Virus record (IMG/VR): IMGVR_UViG_3300025767_000019
Span: 1 to 59,032 of that record
Reading direction: 5' to 3' (one strand)
From: a virus
Taxonomy: Duplodnaviria; Caudoviricetes
DNA length: 59,032 nt
The number at the start of each line of letters is the position of its first letter. The stretch's first letter is position 1. This document shows, piece after piece, positions 9,876 to 18,198 of this stretch. The notes below the pieces were generated by a model. The model was given only the letters and a program-made list of their open reading frames with translations. It was not told where the DNA came from and made no database searches. The position numbers and the translations under genes were made by a program.

Positions 9876-9907
9876 AAACCCGACCAAGTTGTCGGGTTTT
9901 TTGTTTT
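9876..9907 (+). terminator. rho-independent terminator
   Basis: AAACCCGAC-CAAGTT-GTCGGGTTT followed by T-tract. Confidence 0.85.
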
Positions 9908-9958
9908 GGGGGATAATTAGAGATGTGCCCGAGAAACAAAGTAACTATTCCTGCCCAC

Positions 9959-9987
9959 TTGTGCAGAATCTTGTTCTCGTGTATAAT
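9959..9987 (+). promoter_or_regulatory. sigma70-type early promoter
   Basis: TTGTGC-N17-TATAAT, AAGGA SD before ATG 10012. Confidence 0.65.
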
Positions 9988-10011
9988 TGAGTTTCACTCG
10001 AAAGGAATTGC

Positions 10012-10434
10012 ATGATATACTTCATAACCGGATCGAACCTTAAGCGCCGATCGCTACTCACGAGAGCGGTAGATCGAGCTGCGCCTAGACTCAATATTCC
10101 CAAGAATACAATTATTGAGATTGTGGTTCGCAAGGGTAAGTTGGAAGACAATGCCTATGGTTATTGTGAATATGAAGGCAAGACCAGAAATAATCATCAG
10201 ATTCGAATCGAGCTGTTTGGTCAGATAATGGACAGTGAGCTGGTGTCGACACTATTCCATGAACTAAAGCATGCAGAGCAGTTTACGACTGGTGCTTTAT
10301 CTCAGGATAATACTAGATACAAAGGTCGTGACTACTCGAACAGTCAAGCGTATCTCTCACTGCCTTGGGAGATCTCAGCTCGTGGGTTTGAGTCACGTAT
10401 GTTAAACCGTTGGATGGCCGAGGGGGGCTTATGA
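10012..10434 (+). CDS. zincin-like metallopeptidase domain protein
   Basis: AYGYC...LFHELKHAEQ (HExxH)...PWE..A. Confidence 0.75.
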   Translation: MIYFITGSNLKRRSLLTRAVDRAAPRLNIPKNTIIEIVVRKGKLEDNAYGYCEYEGKTRNNHQIRIELFGQIMDSELVSTLFHELKHAEQFTTGALSQDNTRYKGRDYSNSQAYLSLPWEISARGFESRMLNRWMAEGGL

Positions 10435-10631
10435 ACAAATATCTAATTAGTCTGCGTGAGTTGAGGTACATTGAAATTGAAGCTGCAACCCCTGAGGAAG
10501 CTGAGGTGAAGGCGTTTGAGTCTGACGCTTGGAATATACTGGTTGAGGAATACGATATTAAGGTTACGCGTACGAGTGATCCTCAGGCTATACTTGAGAT
10601 GTTCAAAGAAGATTTTGACCATGATGAATAA
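10431..10631 (+). CDS. hypothetical protein
   Basis: ATGA overlap with upstream stop; IEIEAATPEEAE..A motif common in small phage proteins. Confidence 0.65.
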   Translation: MNKYLISLRELRYIEIEAATPEEAEVKAFESDAWNILVEEYDIKVTRTSDPQAILEMFKEDFDHDE

Positions 10632-10914
10632 TTTTGTTAAGCCGACTCTAGATTGGATTCGTAATGATTTTAAATCTAACTCTTTTCGCTTTTGTGTTGA
10701 GCTTTTCGCTTGGACTCTTAGCATCAGTTGCTCCCTTGTTATGGCAGCAACAGTCCCTAACCCGCCTCTTATTTGGTTGTATCCTGTTTTCATCTTGGGT
10801 TGCTCTCTCTACGCTTGGGCTGCTTACTCTCGGAAGTCATTTGGCATGCTTGCTAACTACATGCTCCTAGTAGGTATTGACACAGTGGGTTTGACACGAA
10901 TGGTAGTAGCATGA
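10621..10914 (+). CDS. small membrane protein (about 3 TM segments)
   Basis: Hydrophobic stretches; FRFCVE...YP...R.SFG..ANY. Confidence 0.7.
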   Translation: MMNNFVKPTLDWIRNDFKSNSFRFCVELFAWTLSISCSLVMAATVPNPPLIWLYPVFILGCSLYAWAAYSRKSFGMLANYMLLVGIDTVGLTRMVVA

Positions 10915-11063
10915 ATCTGCAACAGCAGCAACAACGGTTTATCCAACAACGTACGTTACAACGTATACAACAACGGGTTATAGAATTAAATTTTCGAATT
11001 GCCGTGTTGAGAACCTCACGCCCGTGGATGTTTTTTAAGTTTAAGGATAAGAAAAATGGATGA
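10911..11063 (+). CDS. Gln-rich 50-aa hypothetical protein
   Basis: ATGA-coupled to the upstream gene, overlaps next start; MNLQQQQQRFIQQRTLQRIQQR; not in ORF track. Confidence 0.5.
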   Translation: MNLQQQQQRFIQQRTLQRIQQRVIELNFRIAVLRTSRPWMFFKFKDKKNG

Positions 11064-11532
11064 ATATGATGAGAATGGTGGGTATGTTGCAAATCTGGAA
11101 AAGGTAGCTGGTGATGTAGACTATCTCCCTATTGTCCGCTTAACAGCAGCTGGATTGATATCGAATCCTTACAACACGGTGGGCAACTGGTTACAGAATG
11201 TTGCAAATGGTGATCTAAACGACTTGCTTGAAATAATCAATGAGCAGCACGATGCATATGAATTAGATCCTGATGCTATAATAGATGCGTATGACAACAT
11301 TGTTCTGCTCACATTGATACTTGCTCAGTCTGAGGGAGTTGACTTGGAGGACTTTGATGACCTTCACGACAATGTGGGTATCCTGTCAATATTGCTAACG
11401 ACGGAAGGACTGGCTCGTAAAGGGCTTGTTGACATTATGTACGACCAAGTCAGCTTTGGTTCTGAGTTCCGCGATGTGGTGGTAGCCAAACGCACAAAAT
11501 TATTTGATGATTACATGGGAGATGAAGAGTGA
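11056..11532 (+). CDS. acidic hypothetical protein
   Basis: 158-aa ORF with AAGGA SD, in operon. Confidence 0.7.
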   Translation: MDEYDENGGYVANLEKVAGDVDYLPIVRLTAAGLISNPYNTVGNWLQNVANGDLNDLLEIINEQHDAYELDPDAIIDAYDNIVLLTLILAQSEGVDLEDFDDLHDNVGILSILLTTEGLARKGLVDIMYDQVSFGSEFRDVVVAKRTKLFDDYMGDEE

Positions 11533-11705
11533 AGAAAGTTATAGAACAGAACGATGCTTTGAAGATTGCATATGCAGCGTTAAAGGATATCGAACGAGAC
11601 TTGGGTCAGACGTTTACCAAGAAAGTCCGGCCGCTTCAGTACGAAGCTCTGAAGACAATTAAGCAAGTGCTAGCAGCCAGTCCCACGGAGATCTTTACAC
11701 GATGA
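11529..11705 (+). CDS. hypothetical protein (58 aa)
   Basis: GTGA overlap at start, ATGA overlap at end; GGGAG SD. Confidence 0.6.
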   Translation: MKKVIEQNDALKIAYAALKDIERDLGQTFTKKVRPLQYEALKTIKQVLAASPTEIFTR

Positions 11706-11917
11706 AAGTAGATCAAGAATTCCTAGAGTGGTTTAATCAGATTGAAAGCTACGGACTCCGCTCGGAGCGATTTTACGATGAAACCACTCATAATCCTGCC
11801 CGGGGATATGAGTGGTTAAAAGCTGCTTTTGAGGCCGGGGCGCATGCCGCGCTGGGGCAAACTCCTGCCCGGTCCCCCCGGGTAGCCGCCCTGCTAAAAG
11901 GAGATAGTGCCACGTAA
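11702..11917 (+). CDS. hypothetical protein
   Basis: F.EWFN.IE.YGLRSERF...WLKAAFEAG; GC-rich 3' end. Confidence 0.65.
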   Translation: MKVDQEFLEWFNQIESYGLRSERFYDETTHNPARGYEWLKAAFEAGAHAALGQTPARSPRVAALLKGDSAT

Positions 11918-11930
11918 GTACCAGGACAAA

Positions 11931-12001
11931 GTTGAAGGTTAACCTGTTGACCTGATATCGAATACACCAGATAATAGACTCATAGCAAACGAAAACAGGA
12001 G
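11931..12001 (+). promoter_or_regulatory. early promoter/leader cassette copy A
   Basis: TTGACC(11947)-N17-GATAAT(11970), then AGACTCATAGCAAACGAAAACAGGAG. Confidence 0.85.
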
Positions 12002-12008
12002 TTAGTAA

Positions 12009-12221
12009 ATGATTACGATTAACGAAGCAGCGATTGTATCTAGAGCCAACGAAGTCTTATCTCGCAAGGGTCTGACTCAGTTCTTTTCAGGCACTTTGTT
12101 TGCTACTTGCAGCGCTCGTGAAGCTGCAAAGATCGAAACGATGTTGATTGATGAGTACAAGTGCGGGGTGATTGTATCACCAATGCGCGGTACAGACGAA
12201 TATGCTTTTGACTTGGTATAA
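12009..12221 (+). CDS. hypothetical early protein
   Basis: AGGAG SD of cassette A. Confidence 0.7.
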   Translation: MITINEAAIVSRANEVLSRKGLTQFFSGTLFATCSAREAAKIETMLIDEYKCGVIVSPMRGTDEYAFDLV

Positions 12222-12231
12222 GGAGATGACG

Positions 12232-12318
12232 ATGAAAGACTTGTTTGATGCGTCTGTGGTAGCAGCTATTATAGCCTCACCATTTGTTTACTACTTTGCT
12301 TTTGTAATGACACCCTAA
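12232..12318 (+). CDS. 28-aa hydrophobic micropeptide
   Basis: AAGGAG SD; MKDLFDASVVAAIIASPFVYYFAFVMTP. Confidence 0.5.
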   Translation: MKDLFDASVVAAIIASPFVYYFAFVMTP

Positions 12319-12328
12319 GGAGAGCACT

Positions 12329-12580
12329 ATGTTATCAGAAATTTACTATCAGGAATTTGACGGCAAGACTTATGTCCAGACCCACGGAAATGCATTTGAC
12401 CGAGGCACGGCAGACTCTTACTATCACCGTGGTCGCGACCCCCATAAGGGCGGCGTTGGCGGTAACTCTGGTCCTCGAGTCAACAAAGACCAGTTGACGG
12501 CAACGGAGATTGAGGAGTACAATGCAGGGTATGACTACAACGAATACAACGGTGATAAAAAAGACTACGGCAGTTTTTAA
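12329..12580 (+). CDS. conserved phage hypothetical protein
   Basis: AAGGAG SD; HG.AFDRG.ADSYY.R...EIEEYNAGY. Confidence 0.75.
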   Translation: MLSEIYYQEFDGKTYVQTHGNAFDRGTADSYYHRGRDPHKGGVGGNSGPRVNKDQLTATEIEEYNAGYDYNEYNGDKKDYGSF

Positions 12581-12590
12581 GGAGAATATA

Positions 12591-12761
12591 ATGACTGTAA
12601 AAGACACAATGCGCGAGTTCTTAGTTGATATGGTGGAGAATACTCCACTTGTGTTCAGCGACATTCAGCAACTGTTTGCTGAAAAATTCAGCGACCAGGA
12701 TACAGCTTTTGTGAGTGATGTGTTCGTTGAAACTATGGATGAGTTGCTGGGGTATGTGTGA
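12591..12761 (+). CDS. hypothetical protein
   Basis: AAGGAG SD, ATG 12591. Confidence 0.65.
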   Translation: MTVKDTMREFLVDMVENTPLVFSDIQQLFAEKFSDQDTAFVSDVFVETMDELLGYV

Positions 12762-13300
12762 ACGTCTTCTATCTTGATTCCGACCCACGACGGTGTGCTG
12801 AGCAACATTGCGACAAGCACACTGTCAAAATGATTGTCGAATATGCACAACTTCTATCTACTGCTCATCGCATTATTGATGGTACTGTCGTTGTTGGTAC
12901 CAGTAAAACGGGACGCAGACAAAGAAAGTACGTTCTTCCTGATAACCGTGATAGCGTGCTCTATCTCTGTACTCATGGTAACCATCCTTCAGCTGTTTGG
13001 GTAAGACAGTCAAGCAAGAACTACGATTGGTTGTATGTCCTTTGGCGTGAGTTGATGTCAGAGTATACTTTCAGGTATAATAGACGTCATGCATGTGAGA
13101 AGCTGATCTTGCCGTTACGTAGGTTGCCGTACAACATTCCGTCTGGTGTGTTTACAGAGCCCCCTCCCGCTATGCCAGACTATTGTAAAATGCCTGGTAG
13201 TTCCGTTGAATCATACCGCAAGTACTATATAAAGGAAAAGGCGGCGTTTGCTACATGGAAGCGAGAGACCCCCATTTGGTTTAGGAGTGAATATGCTTGA
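12758..13300 (+). CDS. pyrimidine-dimer DNA glycosylase / endonuclease V (DenV) family protein
   Basis: MNVFYLD..P..CA..HCDKH..KM..EYAQLLSTAH, THGNHPS..W, P.AMPD, SYRKYY..EK. Confidence 0.8.
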   Translation: MNVFYLDSDPRRCAEQHCDKHTVKMIVEYAQLLSTAHRIIDGTVVVGTSKTGRRQRKYVLPDNRDSVLYLCTHGNHPSAVWVRQSSKNYDWLYVLWRELMSEYTFRYNRRHACEKLILPLRRLPYNIPSGVFTEPPPAMPDYCKMPGSSVESYRKYYIKEKAAFATWKRETPIWFRSEYA

Positions 13301-13363
13301 AGTTATCGTGTTAGTTTATTTGGTCAGTCTGGCGTTGGCAGTCGCGGACGCTGGTTAATACTG

Positions 13364-13738
13364 ATGAAGAAGAGACCAGATCAGTTTGTGGATAACCCAA
13401 TGTCGTTGCCATATCCTACCAACGTTGGCGCACCTGCGTTTACAGTTCCGAATGTGTTATTGCACAAGGACGAACGTACCTCAAATGCTGCCCATCATTT
13501 TGAAACCAGATTCGATGAAATAAAAACATCGTATTATGAGCTAGTGTCCCGCGTACAAGACACCGAACTGGTTTACGGCGCCGAGTACAATTTTATTCCT
13601 ATTGTGGGCAGGGTGTACCATTTGTATGTGGGACCGACGGGTAAGTTGTTTCTTAGTCTTATAGAACCTGCGCACTGGACAATGGAATTCAAAGGCAGTT
13701 TTAAATTTACTTCAGACAACACTTGGGAAAGACAATAA
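13364..13738 (+). CDS. conserved hypothetical protein (DUF2452-like)
   Basis: LPYPTNVGAPAF...YNF.P.VG..YHLY...FLSLIEP..W. Confidence 0.7.
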   Translation: MKKRPDQFVDNPMSLPYPTNVGAPAFTVPNVLLHKDERTSNAAHHFETRFDEIKTSYYELVSRVQDTELVYGAEYNFIPIVGRVYHLYVGPTGKLFLSLIEPAHWTMEFKGSFKFTSDNTWERQ

Positions 13739-13746
13739 AACATTTT

Positions 13747-13903
13747 GGAGTTGAAGAATGAACGACAATAAAGAGTTGATTGACCGAGGAACATACTACG
13801 AAATCAAAGACTATGACCCCGCGGTCAAGCGTGATGAACTGGGCAATATTGTCAGTGTAATCCACTGCCCGTATATTCCAAAGAGTTCGGAGTTGAAGAA
13901 TGA
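13747..13903 (+). repeat. 15-bp direct repeat of RBS + start codon
   Basis: GGAGTTGAAGAATGA at 13747-13761 and 13889-13903. Confidence 0.85.
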
Positions 13904-13907
13904 TTGA
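13758..13907 (+). CDS. hypothetical protein (49 aa)
   Basis: GGAG SD, ATG 13758, TGA 13907; not in ORF track. Confidence 0.55.
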   Translation: MNDNKELIDRGTYYEIKDYDPAVKRDELGNIVSVIHCPYIPKSSELKND

Positions 13908-14127
13908 CGAAAGCAATTTACCTATTGAACAGCAGAGTCTGGTGTTCCGTCTGAAAAAACGTGCAGAGATTCGTAGACAAATTGCACACCGTAAGAGTGT
14001 TGCAGAAGGCAAGACTGATAGAATTGCTGATCTATTGGACGAAGCAGCCAAAGAGATTCTGATATTGCAGTCAACGTTAGCTGACGCAACTAGGCATACC
14101 ATAGGACGGGACAACTTTCAACCATGA
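13900..14127 (+). CDS. conserved hypothetical protein
   Basis: LVFRLKKRAEIRRQI..RKSV.EG..DRIADLL.EAA. Confidence 0.72.
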   Translation: MIDESNLPIEQQSLVFRLKKRAEIRRQIAHRKSVAEGKTDRIADLLDEAAKEILILQSTLADATRHTIGRDNFQP

Positions 14128-14128
14128 C

Positions 14129-14278
14129 ATGCGCAATTTAGTAATTGATGCGATATTAAAGTTAATGCCATACAGTCCAATTAACTATGATATTAAACCA
14201 TGGAATCAGTGGAGCAATAAAGAGTTGTTATTATTTTATAGCAAACTTTTAATAGATATAGAGACTGAGGAATATTAA
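14129..14278 (+). CDS. hypothetical protein (49 aa)
   Basis: ATG 14129 to TAA 14278 fills the gap. Confidence 0.45.
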   Translation: MRNLVIDAILKLMPYSPINYDIKPWNQWSNKELLLFYSKLLIDIETEEY

Positions 14279-14285
14279 AAGAGTG

Positions 14286-14314
14286 TTTACTTTTGCTCAA
14301 CTTTGTGTTATAAT
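14286..14314 (+). promoter_or_regulatory. early promoter, probably giving a leaderless mRNA
   Basis: GTTTACT-N17-TATAAT with TG extension; ATG begins 7 nt after the -10 box, no SD. Confidence 0.65.
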
Positions 14315-14320
14315 ACTATT

Positions 14321-14938
14321 ATGAAAATCGAATTAGGTCCGTATAAAAATTGGTTTGGTCCATATCAGTTGGCTGAGAAGATCCTTTTCTGGAAAGACAA
14401 GGATGATGATATCATTATGACCTTGGGTGATTTTATTGCTCATGGCAAATGGGTACCATATACATCGGACTCTGATATCTTTAAAAAAGATGAACGACCA
14501 GAGACTTGGTTGTATAAACTGATGCAATGGTGGCAAAAGACCAACACTCGCAAAGAAGTAATCCGCATCGATCCGTATGATACGTGGTCTATGGATACTA
14601 CACTAGCCAAGATAGTGCATCCAATGTTATTACAGTTAAAAGCAACGAAGCATGGATATCCTATTGAAATTGATGTTGAAGATGTGCCGGAAAATCTACG
14701 AGCAATTGATAGGTCTGATGACTATTCATATGATCAAATGGATTTATTTGATGCGGAATTGTGCAACCCTGAATATATCTCTATAGCATCTGATCGATGG
14801 GACTGGGTACTGGATGAAATGATCTATGCCTTTAGTATTCTCCGCGACGACGATAAGGTATGGATTGCTGACGATAATGAACGCGTCAATAATGGTTGTC
14901 GACTCTTTGGCAAGTATTACCGAGCATTGTGGGATTAG
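14321..14938 (+). CDS. conserved hypothetical protein of large myophages
   Basis: MKIELGPY..W.GPYQLAE...ID.YDTWSMD.TLA.I..PML.QLK..KHG.P...RWDWVLDEMI.AF...LFGKYY..LWD. Confidence 0.78.
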   Translation: MKIELGPYKNWFGPYQLAEKILFWKDKDDDIIMTLGDFIAHGKWVPYTSDSDIFKKDERPETWLYKLMQWWQKTNTRKEVIRIDPYDTWSMDTTLAKIVHPMLLQLKATKHGYPIEIDVEDVPENLRAIDRSDDYSYDQMDLFDAELCNPEYISIASDRWDWVLDEMIYAFSILRDDDKVWIADDNERVNNGCRLFGKYYRALWD

Positions 14939-14940
14939 AC

Positions 14941-15171
14941 ATGAACATCAAACACTATCCAATTTTAGATACTGAGAAAGTAATTAAGCACTATGAAGAA
15001 AAAGACAACGTTGCTATCACGTATATCTGTACCACTGACCTTCGGGTTAGCGATCACCCTGTTGACATTTTCTTTAGGGAATCCCCTCATCCTGAGTTTG
15101 GCAATCGTTATTTTGGGATGTACGCTGATAATGGAAATCTAATTGGCGCAATGGAATGGCTTGCAGTATGA
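14941..15171 (+). CDS. hypothetical protein
   Basis: ATG 14941; DIFFRESPHPEFGNRYFG. Confidence 0.65.
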   Translation: MNIKHYPILDTEKVIKHYEEKDNVAITYICTTDLRVSDHPVDIFFRESPHPEFGNRYFGMYADNGNLIGAMEWLAV

Positions 15172-15656
15172 AACAAAAATGGATTGATGCGTTTATGGAC
15201 ACTGCTGAGCGGTTCGCTCAGTTGTCTACAGCAAAGCGATTGCAGGTAGGATCAGTTGTTGTCAAAGATAACCGAATTATAAGTATTGGATACAACGGCA
15301 CGCCGGCAGGTTGGGATAATACGTGCGAGTATAGCGAATTTGTGGGTAGCGACGAACAGATCCCATCGCCTGGCGAGATGAAACGACTTGGGTTTACCGG
15401 TACTGACCATGGTTGGTGGCGGACACATACAAAAGACGAGGTTATCCATGCGGAAGCTAATGCAATCTCTAAGTTGGCAAGATCGATCGAATCTGGTCTT
15501 GGCAGCACTATGTTTGTTACTCATGCTCCATGTATTGACTGCGCCAAGTTAATTTACGGTGCTGGAGTAGAAAAAGTTTATTACCGAGATACATATAGAG
15601 AGACGACGGGAGTTGACTTTCTGGCTAAGTGTGGAGTTACTGTAGAACAGGTTTAA
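15168..15656 (+). CDS. cd: dCMP deaminase
   Basis: GYNG.P.G, HAEANA, PCIDC zinc motifs. Confidence 0.93.
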   Translation: MKQKWIDAFMDTAERFAQLSTAKRLQVGSVVVKDNRIISIGYNGTPAGWDNTCEYSEFVGSDEQIPSPGEMKRLGFTGTDHGWWRTHTKDEVIHAEANAISKLARSIESGLGSTMFVTHAPCIDCAKLIYGAGVEKVYYRDTYRETTGVDFLAKCGVTVEQV

Positions 15657-15657
15657 T

Positions 15658-15734
<77 letters not shown>

Positions 15735-15760
15735 TTAACATAAGGATAGGAATGCATCGC

Positions 15761-16225
15761 ATGAAACTAAGTAAAAATTTTAGCATGGCTGAGTTCACCA
15801 AGTCACAGACTGCTGAACGCAAGGGTATCGACAACGTCCCACAGGGTGAGCATTTGGAAGCTGCAAAGGCTCTATTTGAAAATGTCGTGCAGAAGGTACG
15901 TGACCATTTTGGCCCTACCACAATTAACAGTGGTTACCGTTGTCCAGAGTTGAACGAAGCGGTCGGTGGTTCCGCAACATCACAACATTGCCATGGCGAG
16001 GCGGCCGACATTGAGGTACCTGGGGTTGCGAACAGCGACCTTGCAAACTGGATTGTGGACAACACCGATTTTGATCAGGTCATCTTGGAGTTCTACACAC
16101 CCGGTATTCCAGATTCTGGTTGGGTTCATGTGTCATACAAGGCCGACGGTAGTAACCGTGGCAAGGCGCTGACGGCAACTCGTGTGGGTCGCAAGACAGT
16201 GTATTCTGTTGGTATCCACGCCTAG
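15761..16225 (+). CDS. peptidase M15A family endolysin
   Basis: LSKNFS..EF..S.TA, INSGYR...LN.AVGGS..SQH..GEAAD, WVHVS. Confidence 0.9.
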   Translation: MKLSKNFSMAEFTKSQTAERKGIDNVPQGEHLEAAKALFENVVQKVRDHFGPTTINSGYRCPELNEAVGGSATSQHCHGEAADIEVPGVANSDLANWIVDNTDFDQVILEFYTPGIPDSGWVHVSYKADGSNRGKALTATRVGRKTVYSVGIHA

Positions 16226-16229
16226 CATC

Positions 16230-16490
16230 ATGGCCGACTTATTTGATTTTGGTTTTACTGCTGTTGATGAAGAAGAGCTTGAAGTTGTTCAGAAGGCTCA
16301 CGAACAAGTTAGTCAAGAGTCCACTGCAGCCAAAACCATTCAAGAGCGTTTAGATGGTCTGTACAATGCAATCACACCCCTACTAAACAATTTAAAGCAA
16401 AATCCTGAGAAGGATTACATTCTGTGGCCCAATCGACTAGAAAAAGTCGAGCAGTTCGAAACCATGCTACAGAAAATATATAAAGGATAG
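16230..16490 (+). CDS. conserved hypothetical protein
   Basis: FDFGFTAVDE.EL...PLLNNLK.NPEKDYI.WPNR. Confidence 0.75.
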   Translation: MADLFDFGFTAVDEEELEVVQKAHEQVSQESTAAKTIQERLDGLYNAITPLLNNLKQNPEKDYILWPNRLEKVEQFETMLQKIYKG

Positions 16491-16493
16491 TAT

Positions 16494-16733
16494 ATGTGGA
16501 CTGGTATTGTATTGTGGTGCGCGCTCAGCAACGGAGTTGTGAGTATATGTGAAGCTAAGGCCAACGAGTTGGAATTGTATCCAAGTGAAATGGCATGTTA
16601 TGAGGATATCAACGCATTGCTGCGACACCCTGAAATTGTAGAGCAGAGTCAACGATCAAACAATCCCATAGTTCTCAAAGAGGCCAATTGCGTAGAGTGG
16701 GACACCAAAATTGAACTGAAAAACTCTTTGTAA
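16494..16733 (+). CDS. small Cys-containing, possibly exported protein
   Basis: AAGGA SD; hydrophobic N-terminus, four Cys. Confidence 0.6.
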   Translation: MWTGIVLWCALSNGVVSICEAKANELELYPSEMACYEDINALLRHPEIVEQSQRSNNPIVLKEANCVEWDTKIELKNSL

Positions 16734-16755
16734 TTGAACGACACTAATATATTCA

Positions 16756-16790
16756 CCCCGCCCGGGACACCCCGCGCGGGGTTTTTATAT
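16756..16790 (+). terminator. GC-rich rho-independent terminator upstream of promoter cassette B
   Basis: CCCCGC...GCGGGG followed by TTTTTATAT. Confidence 0.7.
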
Positions 16791-16805
16791 GCTTACAGTT
16801 TAGTC

Positions 16806-16869
16806 AGGTACTTGTTGACCTAAAACCCAATAGACCAGATAATAGACTCATAGCAAACGAAAACAGGAG
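16806..16869 (+). promoter_or_regulatory. early promoter/leader cassette copy B
   Basis: TTGACC(16815)-N17-GATAAT(16838), then leader identical to copy A. Confidence 0.85.
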
Positions 16870-16876
16870 TTACATT

Positions 16877-17239
16877 ATGACAACATCACCATCATTCACC
16901 AAAGAGTACTCAGACTACTGTGACCGTAAGTTGAAGCACTATAACTTCTGGTTGATGGATATGGGCCGCGAACTAGGCACTCCATACCCTGGCTTCCCGG
17001 AGGACATTCCTGCGGGCAAGACGTCAAAGACCACTGTTGTAAATAAAATTGCTACTCGCACAGTCCGCGTTAGCACTAAAGGTGCTACTAAGGCCGACCG
17101 CGCAGTGGAAATCCTCCGCAGCAATTCCAAGCTCGCCCGGGTGAACTTGATTGCTCTGCTGGAACAGCAATTGGGAATGAGCAAGGCTGGTGCAACAACG
17201 TATTACTACAATGCAATGAAGAAACTGGGCTACGCTTGA
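16877..17239 (+). CDS. early protein with possible C-terminal DNA-binding helix-turn-helix
   Basis: TKADRAVEI...LIALLEQQLGMSKAGATTYYYN. Confidence 0.6.
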   Translation: MTTSPSFTKEYSDYCDRKLKHYNFWLMDMGRELGTPYPGFPEDIPAGKTSKTTVVNKIATRTVRVSTKGATKADRAVEILRSNSKLARVNLIALLEQQLGMSKAGATTYYYNAMKKLGYA

Positions 17240-17265
17240 TAAATACCCATCGAGGAGAAACAAAA

Positions 17266-17487
17266 ATGGCAATTATAGAACGAATTAGTGTGGGTAAACG
17301 GATCGAGGGTCGATACCTGGGAAAGGTGGTCACTGGGACCATAACCGACTCGCGGGTCGTTTACGGAGGGGACATTAAGTATACCGTGTCCTTGGATACT
17401 CCCCTGCAGCGGGAAATCTTCCTGGGGGATCAAGAGATAGAAGTAGTAGGTATTCGCCAAGGCCGAATCAATAAAGTAATTGACTGA
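17266..17487 (+). CDS. hypothetical protein (SH3-like beta barrel)
   Basis: GAGGAG SD; G.Y.G..V.G.I..SRV.YGG...YTV.LD.P. Confidence 0.65.
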   Translation: MAIIERISVGKRIEGRYLGKVVTGTITDSRVVYGGDIKYTVSLDTPLQREIFLGDQEIEVVGIRQGRINKVID

Positions 17488-17548
17488 GTTGTAAGGTTAC
17501 TAGTTGACGTGAATCCCATTATCAAAGATAATAGGGCATACTAAGGAG
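17488..17548 (+). promoter_or_regulatory. early promoter cassette copy C
   Basis: TTGTAAGGTTA...TTGACG(17504)-N17-GATAAT(17527), then AGGGCATA and AAGGAG. Confidence 0.8.
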
Positions 17549-17551
17549 AAC

Positions 17552-17779
17552 ATGATGATTACAACAGTACATACCCCCACCCCAACTCGGGCATACTCTG
17601 GTCTCAAGGGCTGCATGTGTGGTTGCCTAGGCAAGTACACGGAAGATCCAGTAGAGATGGCCAAGGCCCTCAAGCGGGTACTCAACAATCCCAACGCCAA
17701 GTATGATGCCGCGGCCAAGTGTTTCTATTACGAGACCAAGACCCGTAATAATGTTGTATATGTTGGAGAGTTGTCATGA
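17552..17779 (+). CDS. hypothetical early protein with CMCGC motif
   Basis: YSG..GCMCGC.GKY. Confidence 0.65.
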   Translation: MMITTVHTPTPTRAYSGLKGCMCGCLGKYTEDPVEMAKALKRVLNNPNAKYDAAAKCFYYETKTRNNVVYVGELS

Positions 17780-18003
17780 ATACCAAAGTTGAAGCAATCA
17801 TTGCAAAAAACTATTTGGAAGCAGAGTTCTTCCAGCTAGCGCCCCTGCCGCTGGATGAAGAGAACTACCCCGATGGCTTTACGATGCAGATTCGCTCCGG
17901 GGCAGGCACTAGCACCAAGTGGTTAACAATCTCCGCAGCGCAGCAGAAACTGATTGAACAAGTGCTACTAAAGGTGCCCCAAGAACACTTGACTGAATTG
18001 TAA
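17776..18003 (+). CDS. hypothetical protein
   Basis: ATGA coupling, GGAG SD. Confidence 0.65.
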   Translation: MNTKVEAIIAKNYLEAEFFQLAPLPLDEENYPDGFTMQIRSGAGTSTKWLTISAAQQKLIEQVLLKVPQEHLTEL

Positions 18004-18066
18004 GGTTATCTGTTGACTTGAACTCCAATATCGAAGATAATGGGGCATAGCAAAAGAAAACAGGAG
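17998..18066 (+). promoter_or_regulatory. early promoter cassette copy D
   Basis: TTGTAAGGTTA...TTGACT(18013)-N17-GATAAT(18036), then GGGGCATAGCAAAAGAAAACAGGAG. Confidence 0.82.
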
Positions 18067-18072
18067 AATACA

Positions 18073-18198
18073 ATGACTATTACACGAAACATGATGATCA
18101 CGAGCTTGCACTATGCACTAGACTTGGACCATTACAAGTTGGCCATGTGCAGTACGGAAGAATTGTTGGAATTGTACAACAAGTACTGCACTCAGTAA
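18073..18198 (+). CDS. 41-aa early protein
   Basis: AGGAG SD of cassette D; not in ORF track. Confidence 0.6.
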   Translation: MTITRNMMITSLHYALDLDHYKLAMCSTEELLELYNKYCTQ

